Assembly (NCBI GenBank): GCA_037441675.1
Contig: JBBIRS010000002.1
Span: 135,249 to 199,248 of the forward strand
Direction of reading: 5' to 3'
Length of the DNA stretch: 64,000 nucleotides
Source of the DNA: Planctomycetales bacterium
GTDB lineage: Bacteria; 4484-113
Below, piece by piece: positions 50,412 to 61,107 of this stretch. How positions within the stretch are numbered: the first letter of the stretch is position 1; each line of letters starts with the position of its first letter. The translations under genes were made by a program, and so were the position numbers. The notes under the pieces are model-generated. The model was not told where the DNA came from. It ran no database searches and saw nothing but the letters and a program-made list of their open reading frames with translations.

Positions 50412-51836
50412 ATGAAGGAAGGATTTTTAATAACGCTTCAAAAAGAAGGGAAGATGAGGCTCTCACCACGCATATATCATCATCCGCACTTAAAACTAGA
50501 AACCGAATCTGTCCAGCAGTTGAAAAATGCTTCTATGCTTCCCGGGGTTATCGATGTTTTTGCAACACCGGACATTCACGTCGGTTACGGTGTTCCAATA
50601 GGATGCGTTATTGCAGCGACGGATATAGTATGCCCTGCGGCGGTTGGTTATGATGTTAACTGCGGAATGAGACTCTTGAAAACTCCTCTGCTGGCTAAGG
50701 ACGTGGACGCTAAGCGAATTGCCAATGAAATTGCTAAGAAAATTCCTCTTGGCGAAGGCAAAGAAAACTTCCAATTGAGCAAAGAACAGTTCAAGAGGTT
50801 AATCGCTGAGGGGGTTCCGGGGCTCGCGGAAATACAAATTCCCGCGCTAAAAAATGCCCTCAAGAATGATGTAAGTTTGGTGGACGAGCTTGATCACATT
50901 GAGGACAGTGGAAGCCTGCCTGCTGACCCCGATAAGGCGAGCGACACCGCAATTGAACGCGGAAGAAAACAGATTGCCACCCTTGGAGGAGGCAATCATT
51001 TTATTGAGCTACAGATTGTGGAGAGAATAATTGACGAGACGACCGCTAAGCATTTTGGGCTTTTCAAGGACCAATCTGTAATTATGATTCACAGCGGAAG
51101 TAGAGGACTTGGACATCAAATTGGTGATGATTATATGAGGCTTGGCAGAAATATGGCTGAAAAGGACGGAAGATTTCTGCCCAATAGAGAACTGCCTTAT
51201 TTTTTCCTTCACGAAAAACCAGCAAAGGATTATCTAGACGCAATGAACGCGGCGGCGAATTTTGCCTTCATCAATCGCCATTTGATGGGCGTTCTAGTTA
51301 AGGATGCGTTTCTCACGCTCTATCCGGGCATTAAGATAACTACTCTTTACGACCTGGCACACAATATTGCAAAGTTTGAGGAACACAAGGGAAGAAGGGT
51401 TTTGGTTCATAGAAAAGGTGCAGCAAGAGCCTTTTCCGCTAAGAGGATGAAAGGAACTCCATTTGCGTGTGTTGGTCAACCTGTCCTGGTGCCTGGCAGT
51501 ATGGGAAGCGCAAGTTATGTTATGGTTGGAACTGAAGCTAATGAGGATACCTATGCCACCATAAACCACGGGGCAGGAAGGCAAATGTCCAGGGTTGCTG
51601 CCTCGGGCAGAACTAGACGTGGAAAAGAGTTAAAAGGCAGAGAATCTCTCATCTCTGACGAGGAATTTTGGGAATCAATGAAGGGAATCCATTTGATAGC
51701 TGAAAATATTAAGACTGCAAAGGAAGAAGCGCCGCAGGCTTACAAGGACATCGACCTTATAACTGAAGCAATTCTTGAGGCGGGATTGGCGAAGGCGGTT
51801 GCTAGGCTAAAGCCTCTAGCGGTCCTTAAGGGTTAG
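50412..51836 (+). CDS. rtcB: RNA ligase RtcB
   Basis: PDIH.GYG.PIG, VGYDVNCGMR, TLGGGNHFIE, HSGSRGLG, HNIAK, HRKGA, PGSMG, HGAGR, EEAPQAYKD, C-terminal KG. Confidence 0.96.
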   Translation: MKEGFLITLQKEGKMRLSPRIYHHPHLKLETESVQQLKNASMLPGVIDVFATPDIHVGYGVPIGCVIAATDIVCPAAVGYDVNCGMRLLKTPLLAKDVDAKRIANEIAKKIPLGEGKENFQLSKEQFKRLIAEGVPGLAEIQIPALKNALKNDVSLVDELDHIEDSGSLPADPDKASDTAIERGRKQIATLGGGNHFIELQIVERIIDETTAKHFGLFKDQSVIMIHSGSRGLGHQIGDDYMRLGRNMAEKDGRFLPNRELPYFFLHEKPAKDYLDAMNAAANFAFINRHLMGVLVKDAFLTLYPGIKITTLYDLAHNIAKFEEHKGRRVLVHRKGAARAFSAKRMKGTPFACVGQPVLVPGSMGSASYVMVGTEANEDTYATINHGAGRQMSRVAASGRTRRGKELKGRESLISDEEFWESMKGIHLIAENIKTAKEEAPQAYKDIDLITEAILEAGLAKAVARLKPLAVLKG

Positions 51837-51999
51837 CTTTACTCTAAAGTTTTAGCCTAAGTATTTTTACACGCACTTTTACAGCTATTAGCAAATTTTA
51901 TAACTGTCAGAGGAATCTTTAAGATTGCTGTTTCTCTCTCTGAGCCGTAATTCATTTCAGAGGTATAATTTCTGGGGAACGTTTTGAAGGGAGTAAAAA

Positions 52000-54624
52000 A
52001 TGTTTAATTGGAATCATACGTTCAAATTATTGATAATTTCTCTCTTTCTTCTAATAATAATTTCCTGTAGTAGCAAAGATGCTTCTTTTGAGCATAAGAT
52101 AAGTGGTGAGGCGAAAGGCATTGCCAATGAAGTATCTTTATCTCAGATACTTAACGAAATTGAGCAGGAGCACGTGCCACCAAATGTTGATGCAGGAATC
52201 GTAGGTGACTTGAAGAGGGAACTAATCAAGGAGCTAACAGTTCTAGGCAAGAACAGGTTCGTTCTTAAGCCGGTGGACAACCCTAAGAGCGCTGTTTCAG
52301 ATTTAAGGCTATTCATTGAGCTTGATGGTAGAGCACACTTTGAATGGACTTACGCGAATCTGGGCGACTACAACCAGGACGGCGCAGTTGATATCAGAGA
52401 TGTCTCGCCTCTTGCGTCTCACTTTAGGGAAAAAGTATCGGACAGCCCAACACCAGAGCTGACCGCCTGGATTGATGGTGATGATAATGGCGAGGTAAAT
52501 ATTTCCGACGTTGGGATAATTGCTAAGAACTTTTTTGCAGAAGTATCATCTTACGTTCTTGAAGGAAGCGAGTTTGAAGATAGAGGTTTCCAGCCCATTG
52601 AAGGTTTAGAAATTTCTCTAAACGATGCTACGGTTGAACCCGGGGCTGTTAAGCGGTTTAGTTTGGAAGTCCCGTCTCTGGACTTTGGCTATTATCGCGT
52701 TGTGCCGCAGGATAGCCTGGGAAGAGATGGACTTCCAAGTAATGTAGTCCCATCTATCGCTGAAGCTCCTCTTATTGAAAGTGTATCACCATTAGGCGGA
52801 TTGACTGGAGAACTTGTCACATTTTCCGCTGTGGTCACCGGGACAGAACCAATCATTTATAATTGGGATTTTGGAGGAGGGGCGGAGCCGAATACTTCTG
52901 AGGAAGCCAATCCAACTGTTACCTTGAGCGCGCCCGGCACTTATGATACCGCACAACTAACTGTGAGAAACATTGCTGGTGAAGACACATTTAATTTTAC
53001 AATTATCGTCGGTGATTTGGGCGGGCCACCCGTCATCCAACAAATTATCGTTCCAAGTGGACAAGTTGGTGACTCGGTTCAATTTAGCGCAGTAGTTGCT
53101 TCCGACCCGCCGATTATTTCCTACACTTGGACATTTAGTGGCGGAGTTGATGTAACTTCCTCCTCTGAAGCTTCTCCCACGGTGACATTCACTGAGGCAG
53201 GCAATTTTTCTGGAAATCTACTCGTTGACAACGGTAAAGGTACAGACACTAGGGATTTTAACTTCACGGTTAATGAATCGCCTCCACCACCTTCTGGACC
53301 GGATGTGGTTTCAGTTTCGCCATTGCAAGGATTTGAGCTTACCAAGTTGCTGTTTACCGCGGAGGTCACTTCCAGTGGAACCCTTACTTACGATTGGGAT
53401 TTTGGTGACCTAGGATACCCGCAAAATTCAACTGAGCCATCCCCAACCGTATTACTAGGTACATCGGGACCCCACCAATGCAGTTTAACGGTTACCGATG
53501 AGTACGGTAGCGATTCTCTTGACTTTACTGTAACTGTTGATCGTGCTAACTGGACGATAGTTAATATCGCTAGAGGAGGACCGTACCTTGACTTGGAAAT
53601 CGTTAATGGCAGACCAGCGGTAGCTTTTCAACTACTTGAAGGTGGTATGTCAGATCAAAAATCATACGCCGCCTATGCCATTAGCTCAACGCCTGATGGA
53701 ACTGGCACATGGACAATGGGAAAGATAGACACACAAAATATTTCTGGTTCATACATTTCACTAGCGGTTGCAGATAGTAGACCTGCGGTTTCCTATCAAG
53801 CGTCCACGGAAACATTTTCAGGTTTAAGATACGCTATTAGTCCAACTAGCGATGGACTGGGCGGAAGCTGGACAATAAGCACGGTTGTTTCTGGTTCATC
53901 CGTTGGATATTACAATTCCTTAGCGGTTGTAGATGGCAGACCTCGCATCGGCTATTACGACATGTCGAATACGCTGATTATGTTTGCAAGTAACGATCAA
54001 GTTGATGGACTTGGAACTTGGTCATTCTTCACAATCCAGGACACCTCAGGCGCGGATATATGCTTAGCGGAGATATCCGGCAGACCCGCTATGACCTATC
54101 TTCGTAGGACATCTCCCCCAATTAGGAACCTGCTTCAATACGCGATAGCAGATAGTTCGGTAGGTGATAGATGGTCTTTGAGAAGAACCATTGACAACGG
54201 AGGTGGAGTTAATGATGTTGGCGCTACATCTTTTCTCACCACTATTTTTGATAAACCCGCGGTTAGCTACTTTGACATGACTAATAGAGACCTGCTATTT
54301 GCAATTTCCGATGATAGAGTAGGCTCAGGAACATGGAGTATCTCCACTGTTCACAGCCAAGGAGATGTAGGTGGAAACTCCTCGTTAGCATCTGTAAACG
54401 GTTATCCAATGATTAGCTATACCAATATTAGTGGGAACAACTCTTTATGGCTAGCTATGTGCTCTGAACCTGATGGAAGTGGTGGATGGGCATATGCCCC
54501 CGTGGATACCCGACAAGATTCTGCTGGTGGAAATACAGTGATAGTTGATATAGGTGGCAGGCCGGGTATCGCATACAGCCCCACCGGCGACGGACAGGTT
54601 AGATTCGCTTTAAGGGATTATTGA
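52000..54624 (+). CDS. Surface lipoprotein: dockerin-like module, three PKD domains, C-terminal beta-propeller
   Basis: Lipobox IISC; GDYNQDGAVDIRDVSPLA...DGDDNGEVNISDVGIIAKNF; Y.WDFG PKD repeats; SLA.V.GRPA.SY...DG.G.W propeller repeats. Confidence 0.87.
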   Translation: MFNWNHTFKLLIISLFLLIIISCSSKDASFEHKISGEAKGIANEVSLSQILNEIEQEHVPPNVDAGIVGDLKRELIKELTVLGKNRFVLKPVDNPKSAVSDLRLFIELDGRAHFEWTYANLGDYNQDGAVDIRDVSPLASHFREKVSDSPTPELTAWIDGDDNGEVNISDVGIIAKNFFAEVSSYVLEGSEFEDRGFQPIEGLEISLNDATVEPGAVKRFSLEVPSLDFGYYRVVPQDSLGRDGLPSNVVPSIAEAPLIESVSPLGGLTGELVTFSAVVTGTEPIIYNWDFGGGAEPNTSEEANPTVTLSAPGTYDTAQLTVRNIAGEDTFNFTIIVGDLGGPPVIQQIIVPSGQVGDSVQFSAVVASDPPIISYTWTFSGGVDVTSSSEASPTVTFTEAGNFSGNLLVDNGKGTDTRDFNFTVNESPPPPSGPDVVSVSPLQGFELTKLLFTAEVTSSGTLTYDWDFGDLGYPQNSTEPSPTVLLGTSGPHQCSLTVTDEYGSDSLDFTVTVDRANWTIVNIARGGPYLDLEIVNGRPAVAFQLLEGGMSDQKSYAAYAISSTPDGTGTWTMGKIDTQNISGSYISLAVADSRPAVSYQASTETFSGLRYAISPTSDGLGGSWTISTVVSGSSVGYYNSLAVVDGRPRIGYYDMSNTLIMFASNDQVDGLGTWSFFTIQDTSGADICLAEISGRPAMTYLRRTSPPIRNLLQYAIADSSVGDRWSLRRTIDNGGGVNDVGATSFLTTIFDKPAVSYFDMTNRDLLFAISDDRVGSGTWSISTVHSQGDVGGNSSLASVNGYPMISYTNISGNNSLWLAMCSEPDGSGGWAYAPVDTRQDSAGGNTVIVDIGGRPGIAYSPTGDGQVRFALRDY

Positions 54625-54806
54625 GATTTAATTTTTTGATTCTCCGCTACACTTCGCGAGAAGCTTCTGCTAGGCATTTTTGCTTGGTCATTAAAAATAT
54701 TCGTTTTAATTTATGTTACACTTTTCACTAGATGAATAACTCCTTAAGCACTAAACTTAAATAAGAGCTTTGACGTATCTTGTAAAATTATACTTTAGTA
54801 AAAAAT

Positions 54807-55736
54807 ATGCCTACACTGAATCTAAGCAAAGAGGAATTAATTGAAAGGAGTCGCCTAATAAGGCACGACATACTTATTAGCGTAAATGCCGCCCAAAGTG
54901 GACATCCTGGTGGACCACTTTCTGCTGCCGATTACCATACTGCCCTCTGGATGAACTATCTAAACGTGGATCCCAAGAACCCATACTGGGAGGAAAGGGA
55001 CAGATATCTCCTTAGCAACGGTCATTGCTCCGCGCTCAACTTTGCTCTTATGGCACATAGGGGATTCTTCTCTCGCGGTTATCTCTTGACTTTTCGGTCA
55101 CTGAATTCACGTCTTCAAGGACATCCCAGCAGTGTTAAGCTTCCTGGAATAGAGGTTGGAACTGGTTCTCTTGGGCAAGGGCTCTCTGTGGCTCACGGAA
55201 TGGCTCTTGGAGCAAGGATGCGCGGAAGACCCGATATTTTGTCATTTTGTAACTGCGGTGACGGTGAATTGCAAGAGGGAAACATCTGGGAGGCAGTGAT
55301 GCATGCAGGCCATCGGCAGACTGACAATCTAATTCTCAGCGTGGATTGGAATAACGCACAGATAGACGGTTATGTGGAGAATGTCAAAGGAGTTGAACCG
55401 CTTGTGGATAAATTTGAGGCTTTCCGATGGAGAGTTTTAGTTGCGGATGGCCATAATATGGATGAAATAATAAACGCTTGGGAGTGGGCAATTGATGGTA
55501 CCCCAAGGTGTGGAAAGGGTTGTGGAAAGCCTTCCGTTATACTCTTCAAGACGGTTATGATGAAAGGATGCCCATCCTTTGAGAATATTCCCGGCTGGCA
55601 CGGTAGACCACCAAAGGATGATGAGCTAATGATTATGCTATCTGAGCTTGGCTTCAAATATACAAACGTCGAAGAAGCTAGAGTTTCCCTTGGAGAACCA
55701 ATATACGATGGTTATGGAGCGGAAAATGGGCATTAA
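54807..55736 (+). CDS. Transketolase, N-terminal (TPP-binding) subunit
   Basis: SGHPGG.LS, DRY.LS.GH, LQGHP, TGSLGQG, GDGELQEG..WEA, WHG. Confidence 0.93.
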   Translation: MPTLNLSKEELIERSRLIRHDILISVNAAQSGHPGGPLSAADYHTALWMNYLNVDPKNPYWEERDRYLLSNGHCSALNFALMAHRGFFSRGYLLTFRSLNSRLQGHPSSVKLPGIEVGTGSLGQGLSVAHGMALGARMRGRPDILSFCNCGDGELQEGNIWEAVMHAGHRQTDNLILSVDWNNAQIDGYVENVKGVEPLVDKFEAFRWRVLVADGHNMDEIINAWEWAIDGTPRCGKGCGKPSVILFKTVMMKGCPSFENIPGWHGRPPKDDELMIMLSELGFKYTNVEEARVSLGEPIYDGYGAENGH

Positions 55737-56727
55737 GACTGGAACTAAAGTAAGATACAAAAACGGAATTCTACCTAGTAGCGAGTGGAAACTGGAGTTA
55801 ACCAGAAAAGCCTACGGCGAAATGTTAGTAGAATTAGGGGAGAAAAACCCAAACATTATTGTTTTAGACGCTGACCTAGCAGAATCCACCTACACCAAAT
55901 TCTTTAGAGAAAAATTCCCAGATAGATTTATTGAATGCGGGATTTCGGAGCAAGATATGATGAACACCGCTGCAGGGCTTTCCACCTGGGGCTTTATTCC
56001 TTTCCTGTCAAGTTACGCAATATTTTTGACCGGCAGAGCTTGGGATCAGATGCGCAATACTATAGATTACTCCAACCTCAACGTTAAGATTGCGGCTGCG
56101 CATGGTGGTATTTCGGTTGGAAAGGACGGTTGCTCACATCAGGGTATGGAAGACCTTGGAAATACGCTCAGTTTAGTAAATATGACAGTGGTAGTGCCGG
56201 CTGATTATTGGGAAACTCGGAAAGTTATGGAATGGATTCCAACTCACAAGGGTCCGTTGTATATGCGATTAGGGAGGGAAAAAGTGCCGATGGTTACCAC
56301 CGAAGAAACTCCCTTCCTTCCCAAGAAAGCAATTGAGGTAGTGGAGGGAAGTGATGGGACGTTTATCAGTTTTGGGATGATGATGAGCAGAGCGGTTCAG
56401 GCTGCAGAGCTGTTAGCTGAAGAGGGTATTTACTCTAGAGTACTTAATATGCCAATGATTAAGCCCATTGATGAGGAAGCTATACTAGAGGCGGCACGAA
56501 CCACAGGCGCAATAGTCACCATTGAAGAGCATTCCATTTACGGTGGCTTGGGCTCAATCGTGGCACGGATACTAATCCAGAGTAAATACCGCGTCCCCAC
56601 TAGAATAATTGGAATACCGGATATATACCTAAGAAGTGGAGATCCGGAGGAATTACTCCAAATCGCGGGATTAACCGCTCAAAATGCTGCTAATAAAATG
56701 AAAGAGGCATTGAGAGAAGCAGGCTAG
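55726..56727 (+). CDS. Transketolase, C-terminal subunit
   Basis: LDADLAEST, GISEQDM..TAAG, GKDG.SHQ, YMRLGR, KPID, EEHS..GGLG; ATG 55726 with SD GGAG, overlapping the upstream stop. Confidence 0.93.
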   Translation: MGIKTGTKVRYKNGILPSSEWKLELTRKAYGEMLVELGEKNPNIIVLDADLAESTYTKFFREKFPDRFIECGISEQDMMNTAAGLSTWGFIPFLSSYAIFLTGRAWDQMRNTIDYSNLNVKIAAAHGGISVGKDGCSHQGMEDLGNTLSLVNMTVVVPADYWETRKVMEWIPTHKGPLYMRLGREKVPMVTTEETPFLPKKAIEVVEGSDGTFISFGMMMSRAVQAAELLAEEGIYSRVLNMPMIKPIDEEAILEAARTTGAIVTIEEHSIYGGLGSIVARILIQSKYRVPTRIIGIPDIYLRSGDPEELLQIAGLTAQNAANKMKEALREAG

Positions 56728-56760
56728 CAACTTCGTTGTCAATGGGCTTATAATCATAAC

Positions 56761-58134
56761 GTGTTTCTAGGGTTTGCTAAGAAACTTTTCGCGAATTCAA
56801 AGATACAAGCAAGTGAATCGCTACTCCCACTTTTAACAGCTATATTCATTCTAACTGTAGTTTTTTTGTTTGCATTAACTTCTGAGTTCATCCCAGCCAA
56901 GATTAGCAATTTACAAGAAGCTAATCGCTCAATCAAATTAAGTTATCGTGGAATTGAAAGAGAAGCGATATCCCAGCTAGAAGCTGGCTTGAGAGCAGAT
57001 GATAATCAGACTGTATTGCTCTCGGCAATATCTCTTGAAAGCTTACCCATAAAACAACTGAAGGAAGAGATGATTAGCTTGAAAGAGAGAGGTTTTGAGG
57101 AAGCTTATATCCGTGTACTGCCTGAACTTTATGCGTTAAGTTATGAAAAGGCCTTAGAGGACCTTAAGAATTATGCGCTTTCGGATGAATTAACAACTAC
57201 CCAAATAGCAATTGAACAGCTAGCGCGCCTACCACCGCTAACAGCTGTAGAAGAACTCCAAGAAAACCTTTCAATACCCCACGACCAAATGGTATATCAC
57301 GTTGGTAGAGTACTAAGAAAGTGGCGAAGAGCCAACGATAAACTACTTGACCTGCTGAGGACTATTAACAAAAAAAGGTTTACGCCGGAGGGAAGGCTTT
57401 ACGCAGCGATTACTCTAATCTCTCTAAATGCCTATACTGACGAAGCTTGGAAAACTATTGATTGGCTGGTTAAAATCAAAGATGAAGAGAACGCGAACCG
57501 TCTTGCCCTATATCTTGGAGATAGGAGCGATCCCCAATCTTACAAGGTTTTGCTACAAATGCTAGAGGATCCGGAAAATAGAGTTCCTGCGCTGAGGGCT
57601 TTGGTGCATTACGATTATCCTGATAAGGTGGACAAAGTCAGCAAGTATGAAATTCTTGGAAACACTTATCAGCGATTCCTCGTGTTAATTAACTTAGCGA
57701 GTAGCGGTGAAGAATTTCCACTAAAAGATGCTTTTGAAAGGCTAATTGAAAAACATTCAGCTGTTTTATCAGAATTTACTACTGCACTTAGAGAATGGGA
57801 AGACCCTAAAGCGCTCCCATATTATGATAGAATGGTAAAGAAGAATCCATCTAGGATAGTGCGAGTTGGGATATCTCAAAATCTTAGAGCCTACCCATTG
57901 AATGCTCGCGCTATATTTCTTGCTAGAAAACTGCTGGAGATGAGTGAAGATTCCTCTGAAACAACATTTCACCTGAAAACACTTGGACTAATCGGAACGC
58001 GAAGGGAGAAACCGCTCCTTTTTAACATCCTACGCAAATCTAAGGATACGCAGACTAGAATTGTCTCCTCTTGGGCAATACTTAATATAGATGCTGGTTT
58101 GCCCATAAACACTCCATCTCAGCCTTCTATATGA
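56761..58134 (+). CDS. Membrane-anchored HEAT/ARM-like repeat protein
   Basis: One N-terminal TM, helical repeats (L.MLEDPENRV.AL.AL, L..LG.IGT...P.L..IL). Confidence 0.6.
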   Translation: MFLGFAKKLFANSKIQASESLLPLLTAIFILTVVFLFALTSEFIPAKISNLQEANRSIKLSYRGIEREAISQLEAGLRADDNQTVLLSAISLESLPIKQLKEEMISLKERGFEEAYIRVLPELYALSYEKALEDLKNYALSDELTTTQIAIEQLARLPPLTAVEELQENLSIPHDQMVYHVGRVLRKWRRANDKLLDLLRTINKKRFTPEGRLYAAITLISLNAYTDEAWKTIDWLVKIKDEENANRLALYLGDRSDPQSYKVLLQMLEDPENRVPALRALVHYDYPDKVDKVSKYEILGNTYQRFLVLINLASSGEEFPLKDAFERLIEKHSAVLSEFTTALREWEDPKALPYYDRMVKKNPSRIVRVGISQNLRAYPLNARAIFLARKLLEMSEDSSETTFHLKTLGLIGTRREKPLLFNILRKSKDTQTRIVSSWAILNIDAGLPINTPSQPSI

Positions 58135-58283
58135 ATGCTTCCTTTAGTAGTTTATGAAAGTAAAAAGAATTAATATTGTTCAAGCCAAAGGAATTTTAGG
58201 ATAGCAAAATGGAATGCGTTTTCATCACGCGCCGTGAAGCTTGTTTAAGTGAAGTATTATTCTGATTACATGGAGAGTTAAGG

Positions 58284-59549
58284 ATGGACATTCAATCAAT
58301 TAAAGTTATTCTTGTGATAGTCCTTCTTTCCGGGATTGTTGCGATTGTGGGCGATCGCATTGGAAGAATTGCCGGCAAAAGAAAATTAAATTTCCTTGGC
58401 ATGCGTCCACGCCTAGCCTCCAGCGTCATAGCCGTCATTACAGGTATCCTCATCGCAGTCGGCACAGTTGCAGTCCTTGCCCTTTCCTCTAGAACTGTTC
58501 AGGAAATGCTGTTCCACTTTGACGAGCTCAAAGAAGATGCTAAGAAGCTAGAGATAAAAGCCCAACAATTAGAGAGGGAAGTTACAAGCTTGGAACATCA
58601 GCGAGAAACATTAAATACGGAATTAGAAATTACACGCAAGTCTCTCGCTTATAGCCAGAAGCAAGTGACCGACTTAAACTTTCAAATCGCAAGTACTAAT
58701 AAGAGATTGGCGAGCATACGCCTAGATTTAGGCAAGGCGGTATCTCAGTTAGAAGAGACAAAAGGGAGGCTTATTAAAACTGAGGCAAACCTCAAGGAAA
58801 TGAGAAAGGAAGTAAAGGCTCTTGAAGAAACTAACATTTTATTGAAGAAAGAACAACAAACGCTAAAGGATGAAAACGAAAGGCTTGAACAAACTAGAGC
58901 CAATCTAACCGCAGCAGCTAAAGAACTAGAAGAGAAGGTTTATTCACTGAGAGAAGGAGAAATAATGCTCTTTTTCAACCAGCCTCTAGGGTATGTTAAA
59001 GTTCCCTCTGAGGCGAATCTGCCACAAGTGCGTCAAATTCTTCTTGATTCCCTCCAACAAATTCAACAAAACTTAAAAACTAAAGGATTGGAACTTGATG
59101 AAAAGTATTCCGAACTACTAGCCCCTATACTTGATGCACTAAGCATGTTAAATCAGGACGCAATCGTCATTATTTACTCAGCCAGCAACGTACTACCAGG
59201 AGAAAAGGTCAAGGTTGAGTTCGAGATAGCTCTGCATAAGCTTATTTTCCGAAAAGGAGAAGTTATAGCTAAAGTTAGGATTGAACCAAACATTAAAGGC
59301 AGTGATGTAGCCTCATTGCTTCCACCATTATTAAAAACAATTAGGAGCATCGCAATTGATAGGAGGCTCTTGCCTGATATAGATACTGGCGAAGTCGGAA
59401 CTATCTCTTCAGATGATATTAAGGAATTGCAAGACCTACTTGATAGAACCAGTGGCGCAAGAACTCTAGAGATACTTTCGGCGAAAGACATATATACCAC
59501 CGACAAATTGGACAAATTTCTCTTCAGAATGCAACAGATAACAAATTAG
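58284..59549 (+). CDS. DUF3084-domain coiled-coil membrane protein
   Basis: SG.VA.VGDRIGR..GKRKL..LGMRPR..S..IAVITG, LF..DEL, long coiled coil, N.L.GE. Confidence 0.85.
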   Translation: MDIQSIKVILVIVLLSGIVAIVGDRIGRIAGKRKLNFLGMRPRLASSVIAVITGILIAVGTVAVLALSSRTVQEMLFHFDELKEDAKKLEIKAQQLEREVTSLEHQRETLNTELEITRKSLAYSQKQVTDLNFQIASTNKRLASIRLDLGKAVSQLEETKGRLIKTEANLKEMRKEVKALEETNILLKKEQQTLKDENERLEQTRANLTAAAKELEEKVYSLREGEIMLFFNQPLGYVKVPSEANLPQVRQILLDSLQQIQQNLKTKGLELDEKYSELLAPILDALSMLNQDAIVIIYSASNVLPGEKVKVEFEIALHKLIFRKGEVIAKVRIEPNIKGSDVASLLPPLLKTIRSIAIDRRLLPDIDTGEVGTISSDDIKELQDLLDRTSGARTLEILSAKDIYTTDKLDKFLFRMQQITN

Positions 59550-59604
59550 CAATGGTAATTTCAGCGCTAGTCTAATGGTAATTCACAGAGGATACACTCA
59601 AACT

Positions 59605-60309
59605 CTAACTTACTAAAGTTCCCACCTTCTCACCACTAACTATGCGCTTTAAGGCACCCTTTTCAAAGATGTTGAATACAATTAGTGGTAGGGAATTATC
59701 CTTGCAGAGAGTAAATGCGGTTATATCAAGTATCTCCAGCCTATTCTCAATTGCTTGGCTAAATGTTATATTTTCATAGAACTTGGCATCGTGGAACTTT
59801 TCCGGGTCTTTATCAAAGACGCCTTTAACGCGAGTTGCCTTAAGAACTACATCTGCGCCAATCTCAAGTGCCCTTTGAACTGCGGCGGTATCGGTTGAGA
59901 AGTAAGGTCTTCCCAGTCCACAAGCGAGTAGAACTAGGCGCCCCTTCTCAAGATGATGGATGCATCTTCGCCTAATGTAGGGTTCTGCAACTTCATCCAT
60001 TTTCAAGGAGGAAACTAGGTGAGTGGTAATACCCCTCTGTTCAAGCTTATCCATAAGTGCCAGAGAGTTAAGCATTGTTGCAAGCATGCCCATATAATCA
60101 CCAGAGGCGCGGTCAATCCCAAGAGCCTCCAACTCCGTACCGCGAAAGAGATTGCCCCCACCAACCAGAACTGCGATTTCACATCCGGTTTCTTTAGCGG
60201 AAATGATTTCTTGAGCGAAGTAGTCAAGCCTCTCATAGGATATGCCTATTCTTTCTTCCCCTGCAAAGGCTTCACCCGATAGTTTAAGTAGAACCCTCCT
60301 GTATAACAT
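59605..60309 (-). CDS. pyrH: Uridylate kinase
   Basis: RRVLLKLSGEA, VGGGNLFRG, DYMGMLAT..N, PYFSTDTAA..RA.EI.AD; true start ATG 60309 (the ORF-track extension overlaps the tRNA). Confidence 0.97.
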   Translation of the reverse strand: MLYRRVLLKLSGEAFAGEERIGISYERLDYFAQEIISAKETGCEIAVLVGGGNLFRGTELEALGIDRASGDYMGMLATMLNSLALMDKLEQRGITTHLVSSLKMDEVAEPYIRRRCIHHLEKGRLVLLACGLGRPYFSTDTAAVQRALEIGADVVLKATRVKGVFDKDPEKFHDAKFYENITFSQAIENRLEILDITAFTLCKDNSLPLIVFNIFEKGALKRIVSGEKVGTLVS

Positions 60310-60422
60310 CAAATTTAATTTTATCAGATTTTTATTCCTTGCTATAAAGGTATAATAGGAACTGGAAGGAAGATTTAGATAACAGGTGGCAATTGAAAGG
60401 GAAGAGGCGTGTGGTAAAATTT

Positions 60423-60495
60423 GAGCCATTAGCTCAGTAGGTAGAGCACCGGACTTTTAATCCGGGGGTCCCGGGTTCGATTCCCGGATGGCTCA
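60423..60495 (+). tRNA. tRNA-Lys(UUU), CCA not encoded
   Basis: GAGCCAT/ATGGCTC acceptor stem, CCGGA-CTTTTAA-TCCGG anticodon arm, GGTTCGATT T-loop. Confidence 0.96.
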
Positions 60496-60501
60496 AGGTT
60501 A

Positions 60502-60574
60502 GCCCCCATCGTCTAGTGGACTAGGACACCACTCTTTCAAGGTGGAAACGCGGGTTCAATTCCCGCTGGGGGTA
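60502..60574 (+). tRNA. tRNA-Glu(UUC), CCA not encoded
   Basis: GCCCCCA/TGGGGGT acceptor stem, CCACT-CTTTCAA-GGTGG anticodon arm, GGTTCAATT T-loop. Confidence 0.96.
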
Positions 60575-60701
60575 GAACTTCCTTTCAGGTTTTCTCGCTC
60601 AATCGTTGCAAAAAGTCGAAATGCATACATAGCACGCTCTTACGATTCCAAAATAGCTTCGGAAGGGGTATCAAAATCTCAAGGATTACGCCAGTTTGAA
60701 A

Positions 60702-60908
60702 TTAGGGGCTTTGAATAGGCGATTCTACCGTTAAGCGGAACCTAAGGATGGAACCATCAGGGCGTATCACATCAATGTCATCGTCCCGCCCACCACCGTA
60801 ACGTGCTCTTAGTTGACCATCCTGATACTCTTGTTGATTGAGCAAGTCGCAGAGAAACTCAGCAAAACTATTGGTATCAGTTACCAAACTTAAATTAAAG
60901 ATAGGCAT
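60702..60908 (-). CDS. Small hypothetical protein
   Basis: 68-aa ORF with strong SD (GGGAGGAAGG) before the ATG. Confidence 0.5.
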   Translation of the reverse strand: MPIFNLSLVTDTNSFAEFLCDLLNQQEYQDGQLRARYGGGRDDDIDVIRPDGSILRFRLTVESPIQSP

Positions 60909-61107
60909 TTATCCTTCCTCCCAATTTATTCCCATTCACGGGGTAAAGTTATTTTATCAAACAAAAATTCTAATAAAGCATTAAAACGCAGTATCAACTC
61001 GGGTTACAAGCTGAATGAAATATAATCACAGTTCTTAAATAAATTATTAATAAAAATTGATTCCTGGTAATACAAAAGGACATCTCAGCAGTTAGAGCTT
61101 ATCAAAG

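Noticed and set aside
60310..60429. N-terminal extension of pyrH in the ORF track
   Set aside because: It overlaps tRNA-Lys; PyrH homology starts at MLYRRVLLKLSGE (ATG 60309).
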